Shown piece after piece: positions 30,058 to 38,458 of a stretch of 41,236 nucleotides of DNA. Location of the stretch: NCBI GenBank assembly GCA_965213685.1, contig CBDBZY010000025.1:1-41236 (forward strand), given 5' to 3'. Within the stretch, counting starts at the first letter, position 1. Each line of letters starts with the position of its first letter. Origin of the DNA: a bacterium. Its GTDB lineage: Bacteria > UBA8248. The notes under the pieces are model-generated. The model saw nothing but the letters and a program-made list of their open reading frames with translations. It did no database searches and was not told the DNA's origin. A program made the position numbers and the translations under genes.

Positions 30058-31425
30058 TTACGGCGCATCTCGCGCCTCCGGAGACTCCGCACCGGCCGAC
30101 TCTCCATGCGCCCGAGCCGCCTCAATCAGCAAATCCGCCCGATTGGGGCCGATTCCCGGCACTTCGCACAACTCATCCGTCGACGCCGCGCTGATCGCCG
30201 CAATCGTCGGAAAGCCGTTGTCCGCCAGAAGCTGCGCCATTTTCTCGCCAACGAGCTCCAGTGCCGTCAGTTCACTATCGCCGCGGGCCTCTTCATCGGC
30301 TTCGGCGGAGTCCGCCCCTTGCGCCTCCTCCTCCGCGCTGGCGGCCTTGCTCCGGCCGTCATCGCTCGAAAACGCCTGCTCGGCAATGAGGCGCCGATAC
30401 TCGCTCTCGCCTTTCAGATCGATTTTCCAGCCCAGGAGTTTCGCCGCCAGGCGAACGTTCTGGCCGCCCTTGCCGATGGCCAGCGAAAGCTGATCGTCCG
30501 GCACCAGCACCTCCATGCGGCCCTCCTCCTCCACCAGGGTGATGTGCTGGATTTTGGCGGGACTCAAGGCATTGGCCGCATACGTGCGTATGTCATCGCT
30601 CCAGGAGATGATGTCGATCTTCTCCCCCCGCAGCTCCTGGACGATGGACTGCACGCGGCTGCCCCTCGTCCCCACGCAGGCACCGACAGGGTCCACGTCC
30701 CGCTCATGGCTCACGACGGCCACCTTGGAGCGCCCGCTCGGCTCCCGGACGCACCCCTTGATGGTCACCACCCCGTCGTAGATTTCCGGCACCTCTATTT
30801 CAAACAGGCGAGTGAGCAAACCCGGATGCGTCCTGCTCAGGATGATTTGCGGGCCTTTCGTTATCTCCCGCACCTCCATGATGTACGCCCGAATGCGGTC
30901 CCCCCGCTTGTACACCTCCCGGAATATCTGCTCCCGCCGGGGAAGAATCGCCTCCGTCCGCCCGATGTCCACATAAATGTTGCCGCGCTCCACCTGCGAG
31001 ACGGACCCCGTGATCAAATCCCCCGCGCGGTCCTTGAACTCCTGGTAAATGTTCGCGCGCTCCGCCTCCCGGACCCGCTGCAATATCACCTGCTTGGCGA
31101 TTTGCGCGGCAATCCGCCCCAGCCCCTCCGTCTCGACGCCCTGGGTGAGAAAATCCCCGACCTGGATGTCCGGATTCTCCTTGCGCGCCTCGTCCAGAAG
31201 CACCTCGCTTTGCGGATTCTGGATAATCCTGACGACCTCTTTCGACGCGCGCACGCCAATTTCGCCGGTTTGCTCGTCAAACGACACATCCACATTCCTG
31301 CCCAGGCCGTATTGCTTCTTGGCCGCCGACGCCATGGCGAGCTTCAGGGTATCGAGGAGCACATCCTTGGCGACGCCCCGCTCCCGCTCCAGTTGTGTCA
31401 GGACGGCAATCAGTTCTTGGCTCAC
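30058..31425 (-). CDS. nusA: Transcription termination/antitermination factor NusA
   Basis: 'GRIAAQIAKQVI.Q', 'LSRTHP', 'DPVGACVG.RGSRV', 'LSLAIGKGGQNVRLA'; GTG start with GGAGGA RBS. Confidence 0.98.
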   Translation of the reverse strand: MSQELIAVLTQLERERGVAKDVLLDTLKLAMASAAKKQYGLGRNVDVSFDEQTGEIGVRASKEVVRIIQNPQSEVLLDEARKENPDIQVGDFLTQGVETEGLGRIAAQIAKQVILQRVREAERANIYQEFKDRAGDLITGSVSQVERGNIYVDIGRTEAILPRREQIFREVYKRGDRIRAYIMEVREITKGPQIILSRTHPGLLTRLFEIEVPEIYDGVVTIKGCVREPSGRSKVAVVSHERDVDPVGACVGTRGSRVQSIVQELRGEKIDIISWSDDIRTYAANALSPAKIQHITLVEEEGRMEVLVPDDQLSLAIGKGGQNVRLAAKLLGWKIDLKGESEYRRLIAEQAFSSDDGRSKAASAEEEAQGADSAEADEEARGDSELTALELVGEKMAQLLADNGFPTIAAISAASTDELCEVPGIGPNRADLLIEAARAHGESAGAESPEARDAP

Positions 31426-31458
31426 CAAACCATTCCTCCATGATGGATTGGGCTGATT

Positions 31459-31962
31459 CTACCCCGCATTCCCCTGCCCCCGAAATTCTGCTTCCCAATC
31501 CACATCCAAGTTCGCTTTTGCGATATCCGCCAATGAAAACGAAACCTTCTCTCCATTTTTCTCCAGCACGCGGACGACGTTTTCCTCCACCTCGACGATC
31601 TCCCCCGCAAGTCTCGTCCTCTCCCCTCGCTTGTCCTTCAAGCGTATGCGCACCCGCCGTCCGACGCAGCGCTCAAAGTCCCGCGTTCTTCGCAGGCGCC
31701 TCTCCACGCCGGGGCTGGATACCTCCAGGCGATACGAATCCTCGATGACGCCGCCCTCCTCCAGACGTTCCCCCACCTCCCGGCTCACGGCGGCGCAATC
31801 GGAAATCGCGACGCCCTCGGGCCTGTCGATATATACGCGAATGGTTCGCCGGCCCCGGTTTCCAGTCCGCTCCACGTCCACCAACTCGAGCCCCAGGCCG
31901 GAAACCACCTCCCCGAGAATTGCCCAAATTTCGCCATCCGCCCCGGTTGTCGCCACAATCAA
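31459..31962 (-). CDS. rimP: Ribosome maturation factor RimP
   Basis: 'G.ELVDVE', 'RVYID', 'DC..VSR', 'Y.LEVSSPG..R.L'; exact start uncertain. Confidence 0.95.
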   Translation of the reverse strand: MIVATTGADGEIWAILGEVVSGLGLELVDVERTGNRGRRTIRVYIDRPEGVAISDCAAVSREVGERLEEGGVIEDSYRLEVSSPGVERRLRRTRDFERCVGRRVRIRLKDKRGERTRLAGEIVEVEENVVRVLEKNGEKVSFSLADIAKANLDVDWEAEFRGQGNAG

Positions 31963-31980
31963 TCCCCGCTCCGGGTGGGA

Positions 31981-32008
31981 ATAAAAAAATGGGTCATCGA
32001 TTGACCCA
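31981..32008 (-). terminator. Leader attenuator hairpin upstream of rimP
   Basis: Minus strand TGGGTCA-ATCGA-TGACCCA followed by T7, between the promoter and rimP. Confidence 0.75.
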
Positions 32009-32034
32009 CCTGCGCAACAACGAAAATCCTGGAT

Positions 32035-32063
32035 ACTCTAATCGCCATTCGCGCAAAGCGCAA
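32035..32063 (-). promoter_or_regulatory. Candidate sigma70 promoter for the rimP-nusA-infB operon
   Basis: Minus strand TTGCGC-N17-TAGAGT. Confidence 0.45.
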
Positions 32064-32098
32064 GCGCCGTCCCCATCCCGATGAAGGGGCAGGCGTTC

Positions 32099-32127
32099 TT
32101 GCCCGGAAGCGTATCGCATGCTAGATT
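32099..32127 (+). promoter_or_regulatory. Candidate sigma70 promoter for the dehydrogenase operon
   Basis: TTGCCC-N17-TAGATT with TGn extended -10. Confidence 0.45.
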
Positions 32128-32295
32128 TCGCCAATCCGCCGGGCGGACATGCGGGACGCAAACGGGACGAGAAGAGGCCACGCCGCGCACGACTCTCCTC
32201 GAGACAACGCGGGACGACGCGCCCGGGAAAAGGCGGGGCGCGAAGATCGGCGCCCATGCGGCGGCAACCGCGAGGGCGCGTTCAGGAGCGACTCC

Positions 32296-33276
32296 ATGAT
32301 TCGACTGACGAAGCCCAAGGCGCTGTGGATATACGAGACGATGGTCCGCATCCGCAGGTTCGAGGAACGCTCCATCGAACTGTTTCAGGCGGGGGAGTTG
32401 CCGGGCTTTCTCCACGCCTATATCGGCGAGGAGGCCGTCGCCTCCGGGGTGTGCGCGCACCTTGCCCCGGAAGACCAGATCACCTCCACGCACCGCGGCC
32501 ACGGCCACATGATCGCCAAGGGACTGCAATACAGGGGCATGTTCGCCGAGTTGTACGCCCGCGCGACCGGCTACTGCAAGGGGAAAGGGGGTTCGATGCA
32601 CATCGCCGACCAGGACCTGGGAGCTCTCGGGGCGAACGGCATCGTGGGAGGAGGCATCCCCATCGCGGCCGGTGCCGCCCTGGGGCTGCAGCTGAGAGGC
32701 GAAAAACACGTCGCCGTGAGTTTTTTCGGCGACGGGGCGAGCAACGAGGGCGCCTTCCATGAGGGCGTCAACCTCGCCTCGGCCTGGAACCTGCCCGCCG
32801 TATTCGTTTGCGAGAACAACGGATTCGCGGAAAGCACGCCCCGCACCGCCCACCAGGCGGTTCAGGACATCGCCGATCGGGCCAAGGCCTACGGCATCCC
32901 GGGAGTCGTCGTGGACGGCATGGACCCCGAGGCGGTGTACGAAGTGGCGGGCGAGGCGATCGCGCGCGCCCGCAGGGGAGGAGGACCCACGCTTATCGAA
33001 GCGAAAACCATGCGCTTCCTGGGACACTATGTGGGCGACCCCGGCACCGCCTACGGACACGACAAGGAGGTGGGCAAGTGGCTGAAGCGCGACCCGCTCC
33101 TCACGTTTGCCCAAACCCTCCGTAAGAAAAAATGGCTGACCCCCCAAGACGTCGACGCCATGCGCGCGCGCGTGAACGAGGAGATGGAACAAGCCATCGA
33201 GTTCGCCCGGACAAGCCCGGAACCCGACCTCGCCGACGCCATGACCGACGTCTACGCACCCGTCCGGGGAAAATAA
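32296..33276 (+). CDS. TPP-dependent 2-oxoacid/acetoin dehydrogenase E1 alpha
   Basis: 'LPGFLHAYIGEEA', 'STHRGHGH', 'GKGGSMH', 'FGDGA.NEG', 'ENN', 'RF.GH..GD'. 'THRGHGH' is typical of AcoA-like enzymes. Confidence 0.93.
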   Translation: MIRLTKPKALWIYETMVRIRRFEERSIELFQAGELPGFLHAYIGEEAVASGVCAHLAPEDQITSTHRGHGHMIAKGLQYRGMFAELYARATGYCKGKGGSMHIADQDLGALGANGIVGGGIPIAAGAALGLQLRGEKHVAVSFFGDGASNEGAFHEGVNLASAWNLPAVFVCENNGFAESTPRTAHQAVQDIADRAKAYGIPGVVVDGMDPEAVYEVAGEAIARARRGGGPTLIEAKTMRFLGHYVGDPGTAYGHDKEVGKWLKRDPLLTFAQTLRKKKWLTPQDVDAMRARVNEEMEQAIEFARTSPEPDLADAMTDVYAPVRGK

Positions 33277-33277
33277 A

Positions 33278-34258
33278 ATGCGCGAGATTCTGTATCGGGA
33301 GGCCATCATCGAGGCACTGGATGAGGAAATGGCGAGGGATGACTCGGTTTTCCTCCTGGGCGAGGACATCGCCGAGTTCGGCGGCTCATACAAGACCACC
33401 GTGGGACTGCTGGACAAATACGGCGCGGAGCGGGTGCGAAACACCCCCATCTCCGAGCAGGGCATCGTCGGCGCGGCGCTAGGGGCGGCGCTCGTGGGGA
33501 TGCGGCCCGTGGCGGAGTTGATGTACATCGATTTCTCCGCCGTCGCCATGGACCAAATCGTCAACCAGGTCGCCAAGGTGCGCTACATGTTCGGCGGCAA
33601 GGCGAACACCGCGCTCGTCATCAGAACCCAGGGCGGGGCGGGTCGCAGCTCCGCCGCCCAGCATGCCCAGAGCCTGGAGGCGTGGTTCGTTCACGTGCCG
33701 GGCCTCAAGGTGGTCATGCCCGCCACCGCGCGCGACGCCAAGGGACTCCTCAAGGCGGCCATTCGGGATGACGACCCGGTCCTCTTCATCGAGCACAAGC
33801 TCCTCTACCTGGAGAGGGGGCCCGTTCCCGAGGAGGAGGAGATCATCCCCATCGGCGTCGCCGACGTGAAAAGAGAGGGGGACGACCTCACCATCGTCGC
33901 CACCTCCTCGATGGTCGGCAAATCCCTGGCGGCGGCGGATGAACTCGAGAAAGAGGGGGTGTGCTGCGAGGTCATCGACCCCAGAACGCTCTTCCCCCTG
34001 GACGCGGAGACGATTCTGTCCTCCGTCCGCAAGACGGGCCGGCTCCTCGTCACCCACGAGGCGGTGCGGCGTTGCGGCTGGGGAGCGGAAGTCGCCGCGC
34101 TGGCGGCCAGGGAGGCTTTCGACTACCTCGACGCCCCCATCGAGCGCGTCTGCGCCAAAGAGACGCCGGTGCCCTTCTCGCCCAAACTCGAGTCGCACGT
34201 CATTCCCGACAAGGATGACGTAATCGCCGGGGCGCGTGCTATGCTGGGGACGGCGTAA
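33278..34258 (+). CDS. 2-oxoacid/acetoin dehydrogenase E1 beta
   Basis: 'GEDI', 'NTPISE', 'RPVAELM..DF', 'QHAQSLE', 'PGLKVV', 'IDPRTL.PLD', 'LDAP'. Confidence 0.95.
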   Translation: MREILYREAIIEALDEEMARDDSVFLLGEDIAEFGGSYKTTVGLLDKYGAERVRNTPISEQGIVGAALGAALVGMRPVAELMYIDFSAVAMDQIVNQVAKVRYMFGGKANTALVIRTQGGAGRSSAAQHAQSLEAWFVHVPGLKVVMPATARDAKGLLKAAIRDDDPVLFIEHKLLYLERGPVPEEEEIIPIGVADVKREGDDLTIVATSSMVGKSLAAADELEKEGVCCEVIDPRTLFPLDAETILSSVRKTGRLLVTHEAVRRCGWGAEVAALAAREAFDYLDAPIERVCAKETPVPFSPKLESHVIPDKDDVIAGARAMLGTA

Positions 34259-35012
34259 CTCCCCCGCATATCTCATCATGAGGAGCAAGATTCATGGCCA
34301 CCCCCCTCCCGATGCCCAAACTCGGCCTCACCATGGAAGAAGGCACCATCCTCAAGTGGCGCAAGGGCGAGGGCGAAGCGGTCGAGAAGGGCGAGATCAT
34401 CCTCGACATCCAGACCGATAAGGTCGAATACGAGGTCGAATCGCCAGACGGCGGCCTCCTGCTCAAAACGCGGCGGCGGATGCACTCGAGAAAGAGGGGG
34501 TGCGCTGCGAGGTCATCGACCCCAGAACGCTCTTCCCCCTGGACGCGGAGACGATTCTGTCCTCCGTCCGCAAGACGGGCCGGCTCCTCGTCACCCACGA
34601 GGCGGTGCGGCGCTGCGGCTGGGGAGCGGAAATCGCCGCCCTGGCGGCCAGGGAGGCTTTCGACTACCTCGACGCCCCCATCGAGCGCGTCTGCGCCAAA
34701 GAGACGCCGGTGCCCTTCTCGCCCAAACTCGAGTCGCACGTCATTCCCGACAAGGATGACGTAATCGCCGGGGCGCGTGCTATGCTGGGGACGGCGTAAT
34801 TCCCCCGCATATCTCATCATGAGGAGCAAGATTCATGGCCACCCCCCTCCCGATGCCCAAACTCGGCCTCACCATGGAAGAAGGCACCATCCTCAAGTGG
34901 CGCAAGGGCGAGGGCGAAGCGGTCGAGAAGGGCGAGATCATCCTCGACATCCAGACCGATAAGGTCGAATACGAGGTCGAATCGCCAGACGGCGGCCTCC
35001 TGCTCAAAACGC
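33929..35012 (+). repeat. 541-bp tandem duplication covering the E1-beta 3' end and the E2 5' end
   Basis: 33929-34469 recurs at 34470-35010. Six substitutions were found by eye, and the junction has a 2-bp 'GC' microhomology. Confidence 0.95.
34294..34799 (+). pseudogene. Junction fragments: E2 lipoyl-domain start joined out of frame to the E1-beta C-terminus
   Basis: ORF 34294 repeats the first 59 aa of E2; ORF 34500-34799 repeats the last ~99 aa of E1-beta. Confidence 0.85.
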
Positions 35013-36040
35013 TGGCCGGCGAAGGCGCGGTCGTCCCCTGCGGGACGGACGTCGCCGTCATCGGCGAGGAAGGCGAGGACATCAGCGCCTTTGTTGTCGG
35101 CGGCGACGCCCCGCCAGAGAAAAAACCCGAACCCGTCGCGGCGGACGCGCCGCCTCCCGCACCCGCAGCAGCCCCCGCCGTGGCACAGCCCGCCCCCGCG
35201 GGCCGGGTGTTCGCCAGCCCGGCCGCCAGGCGCGTGGCGCGGGAGCTCGGGGTCGATTTCCGCACCCTCCGGGGTTCGGGCCCCGGCGGGAGAATCGTGC
35301 AGGCCGACGTGCGGGCGGCGGCGTCGGACCTCCGCGCGGCGGCCGCTGCCGTGGCCGGCGCCACGCCCATCGCCGGAATGCGGAAAATCATCGCCGACCG
35401 CATGCTCTCCAGCTGGTCCCGGGTGCCGCGCATCACCATGCAGGCCGAGGTGGACCTCACCAACCTCCTCGCCGTGCGCGAGGCCAGCCGGCAGGCGTGG
35501 GAGAACGACCTGGGCGTGCGGGTCTCCATCAACGACCTCATCCTCTTCTACACCGCCCGCGCCGTGCGCCGCTGCCCGGCCGTGAACGTTCGCCTCCGCG
35601 AAGACGCCCTGGAGCAGATGCGGGACGTGAACGTCGGGGTGGCCGTCGCCGTCGATCAGGGGCTGATGGTTCCCGTCATCCGGGGAGCCGACCAGAAGTC
35701 CATCGACGCCATCTCGCGCGAGTCGAGAGCGCTGGCCGAGGCTGCCCGCGCGGGCGCCCTGGGGCTCGACGCCCTGGAGGGCGGCACCTTCACGGTCTCG
35801 AACCTGGGCGCCTACGGGGTCGACCACTTCAGCGCCATCATCAACCACCCCGAAGCGGCCATCCTCTCCGTCGGCGCGGCGCGGGAGCGCGCCGTGGTGC
35901 GCGCCGGCGAGGTCGTCGCCCGCACGACGGCCTACGTCGGAATCAACGCCGACCACCGCATCGTCGACGGCGCGCCGGCGGCCGAATTCCTCGCCACCCT
36001 GAAGGACATGCTGGAGCATCCGAAGGTGATGCCGGCGTAA
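34835..36040 (+). CDS. Dihydrolipoamide acyltransferase E2
   Basis: Lipoyl motif 'QTDKV', E3-binding 'ASPAARRVA...GSGPGGRI', catalytic 'DHRIVDG'. Confidence 0.96.
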   Translation: MATPLPMPKLGLTMEEGTILKWRKGEGEAVEKGEIILDIQTDKVEYEVESPDGGLLLKTLAGEGAVVPCGTDVAVIGEEGEDISAFVVGGDAPPEKKPEPVAADAPPPAPAAAPAVAQPAPAGRVFASPAARRVARELGVDFRTLRGSGPGGRIVQADVRAAASDLRAAAAAVAGATPIAGMRKIIADRMLSSWSRVPRITMQAEVDLTNLLAVREASRQAWENDLGVRVSINDLILFYTARAVRRCPAVNVRLREDALEQMRDVNVGVAVAVDQGLMVPVIRGADQKSIDAISRESRALAEAARAGALGLDALEGGTFTVSNLGAYGVDHFSAIINHPEAAILSVGAARERAVVRAGEVVARTTAYVGINADHRIVDGAPAAEFLATLKDMLEHPKVMPA

Positions 36041-36096
36041 AAGGAGCGCCGCGCCCGCCCGGGCGCTTCTCTTCGCCGAAACGGAGGGAAAAGAAA

Positions 36097-36342
36097 ATGG
36101 GCATGGAGACGATGCAAAGATATTGCGTGCGCTGCGAGGGTCTGACGCTCGCTGTGCGGCCGAGGCCGAACCACATCCTGCACCTGATTTTGACGGTTTT
36201 CACCGCCGGTGCTTGGGCGCTCATCTGGATCTGGCTGTCCATGCGGCGGGAGGACTTCCTCTGCCAGGCGTGCGGGAGCCTGACCTCGAAACACGCCCCG
36301 CCCGAACCGCTGGAGAAAGTCCGGGCGAGGCTGGGGCGATGA
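36097..36342 (+). CDS. Small CxxC-hydrophobic segment-CxxC zinc-ribbon membrane protein (LITAF-like)
   Basis: 81 aa: 'CVRC'...'NHILHLILTVFTAGAWALIWIWL'...'CQACG'; GGAGG RBS upstream. Confidence 0.75.
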   Translation: MGMETMQRYCVRCEGLTLAVRPRPNHILHLILTVFTAGAWALIWIWLSMRREDFLCQACGSLTSKHAPPEPLEKVRARLGR

Positions 36343-36477
36343 GGTGCGCGCCGTGTGCGCAATCCCCCCGCCCCGCCCGTTAATTCCCGCCGCACCTTGC
36401 GGGAGAATGGGGGCGGCACCCTGTGGGCCGGCGTCGGCTCCCCCCTCCCCCGCTCACGCACAGAGAGGATTCTCGCC

Positions 36478-37143
36478 ATGCCGATAGACAAGACCACCGG
36501 CCTCGCACAGGAGATGGGCGTCACCGAGGAGATGATGGCCTGCCCCCTGCCCCGGGTGCCGCTCATCGACCCGGACAACCTCCCCGAACACCTAGCCGCC
36601 GAGCTCGCGCCCCTCTATGCGCGCGGGAAGCGCAGATGGGGGCGGGTCTCGCGCTTCCTCCGCCTGCTCGGCTGGGCGCCCGGCTTCGTCGAGGGCTGGC
36701 AGATCATGGACGGCAAGCTCCGCGTCGCGCACCAGAAGACCGACCCCGAATACCTGCGCACCGCCCAGTTCGTCATCATCAAGACGGCACTCCTCACCGA
36801 GTGCAACAACTGACTTGGGCACAACGTGGAGCTCGGTCGGGCTCAGGGCATCACCGAGGAGCAGATAGAGTCGCTCACAGGCGAGGGCTGGCGGGAGAGC
36901 GCCCTTTTCAGCGAGAAGGAGAAAGCAGCCATCCGCTGGGCGGAGGCGGTGACGAACCTGACGGCGAGAGAGGACGACGCGGCGTTCGCGGCGATGGAGC
37001 GCCACTTCCCCACCGAGCAGCTCGTCTCCCTCACCATCATCTGCGGGCTGTGGAACCTCACGGGCCGCGTGGCCGAGGCGCTTCACCTCGTGGTGGAGCC
37101 CCCCGGCGAGCGCATCGCATTCCAGGATGGGAAGGAGGAGTAG
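36478..37143 (+). CDS. AhpD/carboxymuconolactone decarboxylase-like protein, probable selenoprotein (UGA at 36811-36813 read as Sec)
   Basis: ORFs ending at 36813 and starting at 36826 share one frame. Read-through gives 'ECNN-U-LGHNVELGRAQGITEEQI...FSEKEKAAIRWAEAVT', the AhpD CxxC-x2-H pattern; 221 aa. Confidence 0.85.
36829..36844 (+). promoter_or_regulatory. Candidate bacterial SECIS element
   Basis: Stem GAGCUC/GGGCUC (one U-G pair) with loop GGUC; the loop starts 21 nt after the UGA. Confidence 0.75.
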
Positions 37144-37181
37144 GGGGCGCGCGTCCGCGCGGGATGGGCGATTATCGGAAT

Positions 37182-38273
37182 TTAGGGCTGATTTTGACCT
37201 TTCTTTATGACGTTTTTATAATAAGATTTCGAAACATCACCTATATCTAAATTGGGGAGTTCCTTCTGGATCATTTCCAGTGCTTTCGGGCTATACCTTT
37301 TGTATTCCTGTTTTCCAATACGAATTTTCTTAAAACAATCTACGTCACCTTGAAGTTTTGTTTTCCAAATGACGGCTAAAGTCTTGTGCATTGTCAAATC
37401 AACTTTTTTTGCGAGTTCTTTTGCTCCCATGGAATAAAAATCGAGCTCGTTGACTCGGCGAATTACGACGGCTGAGGCATCCGCCGTTCCCTCTGGCACA
37501 GTGCGAACGGGAACCCCTTCTCTCCTTGAAAACCGAATGTGAACTGGTCTTCCTTCCCCTTCCATGGATAGTGCCAGTGAAAAAATTCCTGGAAAAATGG
37601 AGTCCGCAGGCTCGCCATCCTCAATTCGATTGATAATTTTGTCCAAATAACCCACACTGGGCTGAACACTTTCTTCCCCCTTCACAACAGCTTCCATAAT
37701 GGCGAGGCCCCTCAATCGATTCCTGTCGTCAGTTTTTTCCCGACGCATTGGATCGCTCAGTTTTTTGATGATCTGGACTTCATCCGCAAGCAGAATTGCT
37801 AATTCTTTGGGAGGCTGGGTGGAAACCGGCAAGACCCTCTCAGGCAGCTCTTCAGATAGTTTTTGCCCGAAAACAGAATGCAACAAATCCCCAAAAAGTG
37901 TTACGCCGGACTGCGTATAAAGATACAACAGTTGCTCTGAAACAGTTAGCAAATAATGTTGTGCCGCATTCCGGAACTCATGAATTGTCTGCAAAGTGAG
38001 CGCTTGTTCTTCTGTCAGGAATTTTAATTGTCCATCGCTCCGTGCCTTGCTAAGACATTTGCCGAATGTATGCGTTTGATTGGGTGCTTTCTTTGCTTGT
38101 ATTTTGCCTTCTTTATGGACGATTCCAGCCTTCAACAACATTTCAAAACTATGGCCCAGAAAAATCAGAACAGCGTCATTACGCCCTCTATCTACTGGAC
38201 GATTGAAGTGCTCAACAGCCGATAAGAGAGAATTGAGCGCTTTCTCTTTGAGAAGCCTGGCTTCGCGTTTCAT
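37182..38273 (-). CDS. DUF3644-like protein with HEPN signature
   Basis: 363 aa; 'LL.KA..S...AVE.FN.P' start, 'SFEMLLKA' and RxxxxH motif 'RNAAQH'; clearly AT-richer than its flanks. Confidence 0.75.
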   Translation of the reverse strand: MKREARLLKEKALNSLLSAVEHFNRPVDRGRNDAVLIFLGHSFEMLLKAGIVHKEGKIQAKKAPNQTHTFGKCLSKARSDGQLKFLTEEQALTLQTIHEFRNAAQHYLLTVSEQLLYLYTQSGVTLFGDLLHSVFGQKLSEELPERVLPVSTQPPKELAILLADEVQIIKKLSDPMRREKTDDRNRLRGLAIMEAVVKGEESVQPSVGYLDKIINRIEDGEPADSIFPGIFSLALSMEGEGRPVHIRFSRREGVPVRTVPEGTADASAVVIRRVNELDFYSMGAKELAKKVDLTMHKTLAVIWKTKLQGDVDCFKKIRIGKQEYKRYSPKALEMIQKELPNLDIGDVSKSYYKNVIKKGQNQP

Positions 38274-38458
38274 CGCTTCATGTCGGCAGGCGAGAACAGC
38301 ACGCGCCCCGGCATGGTCCGCTCCCTGGAGACCTTGGTGCGGCAAGCCATCGCGTCCACCTCCGAGATGACGTCCCGCACCTCCTCCCACAACCGGCTCC
38401 GGTGAACGAGCAGGTATTCCTCGCCGTTCAGATGCGAATAGCGGGCCTTGATGCGCAT
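38270..38458 (-). pseudogene. Truncated BglII/BstYI-family type II restriction endonuclease (N-terminal 62 aa only)
   Basis: 'MRIKARYSHLNGEEYLLVH...WEEV..VI..VDA.ACRTK.S.E.T..G..LFSP' matches the BstYI-type N-terminus as recalled. It stops before the catalytic D..E-V-Q region. Confidence 0.82.

Noticed and set aside
31963-32295. tRNA upstream of rimP, as in some bacteria
   Set aside because: No cloverleaf or T-loop consensus seen; no tRNA or rRNA recognised anywhere in the window.
36811-36813. TGA as a nonsense mutation or sequencing error (pseudogene)
   Set aside because: Disfavoured but not excluded: it coincides with the catalytic Cys position and a SECIS-like hairpin, and other errors in this window are indels.
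38274-38390. 39-aa N-terminal extension of the DUF3644-like ORF in the ORF track
   Set aside because: This stretch is the endonuclease stub read in another frame; the composition shift and ATGA overlap support ATG 38273 as the start.
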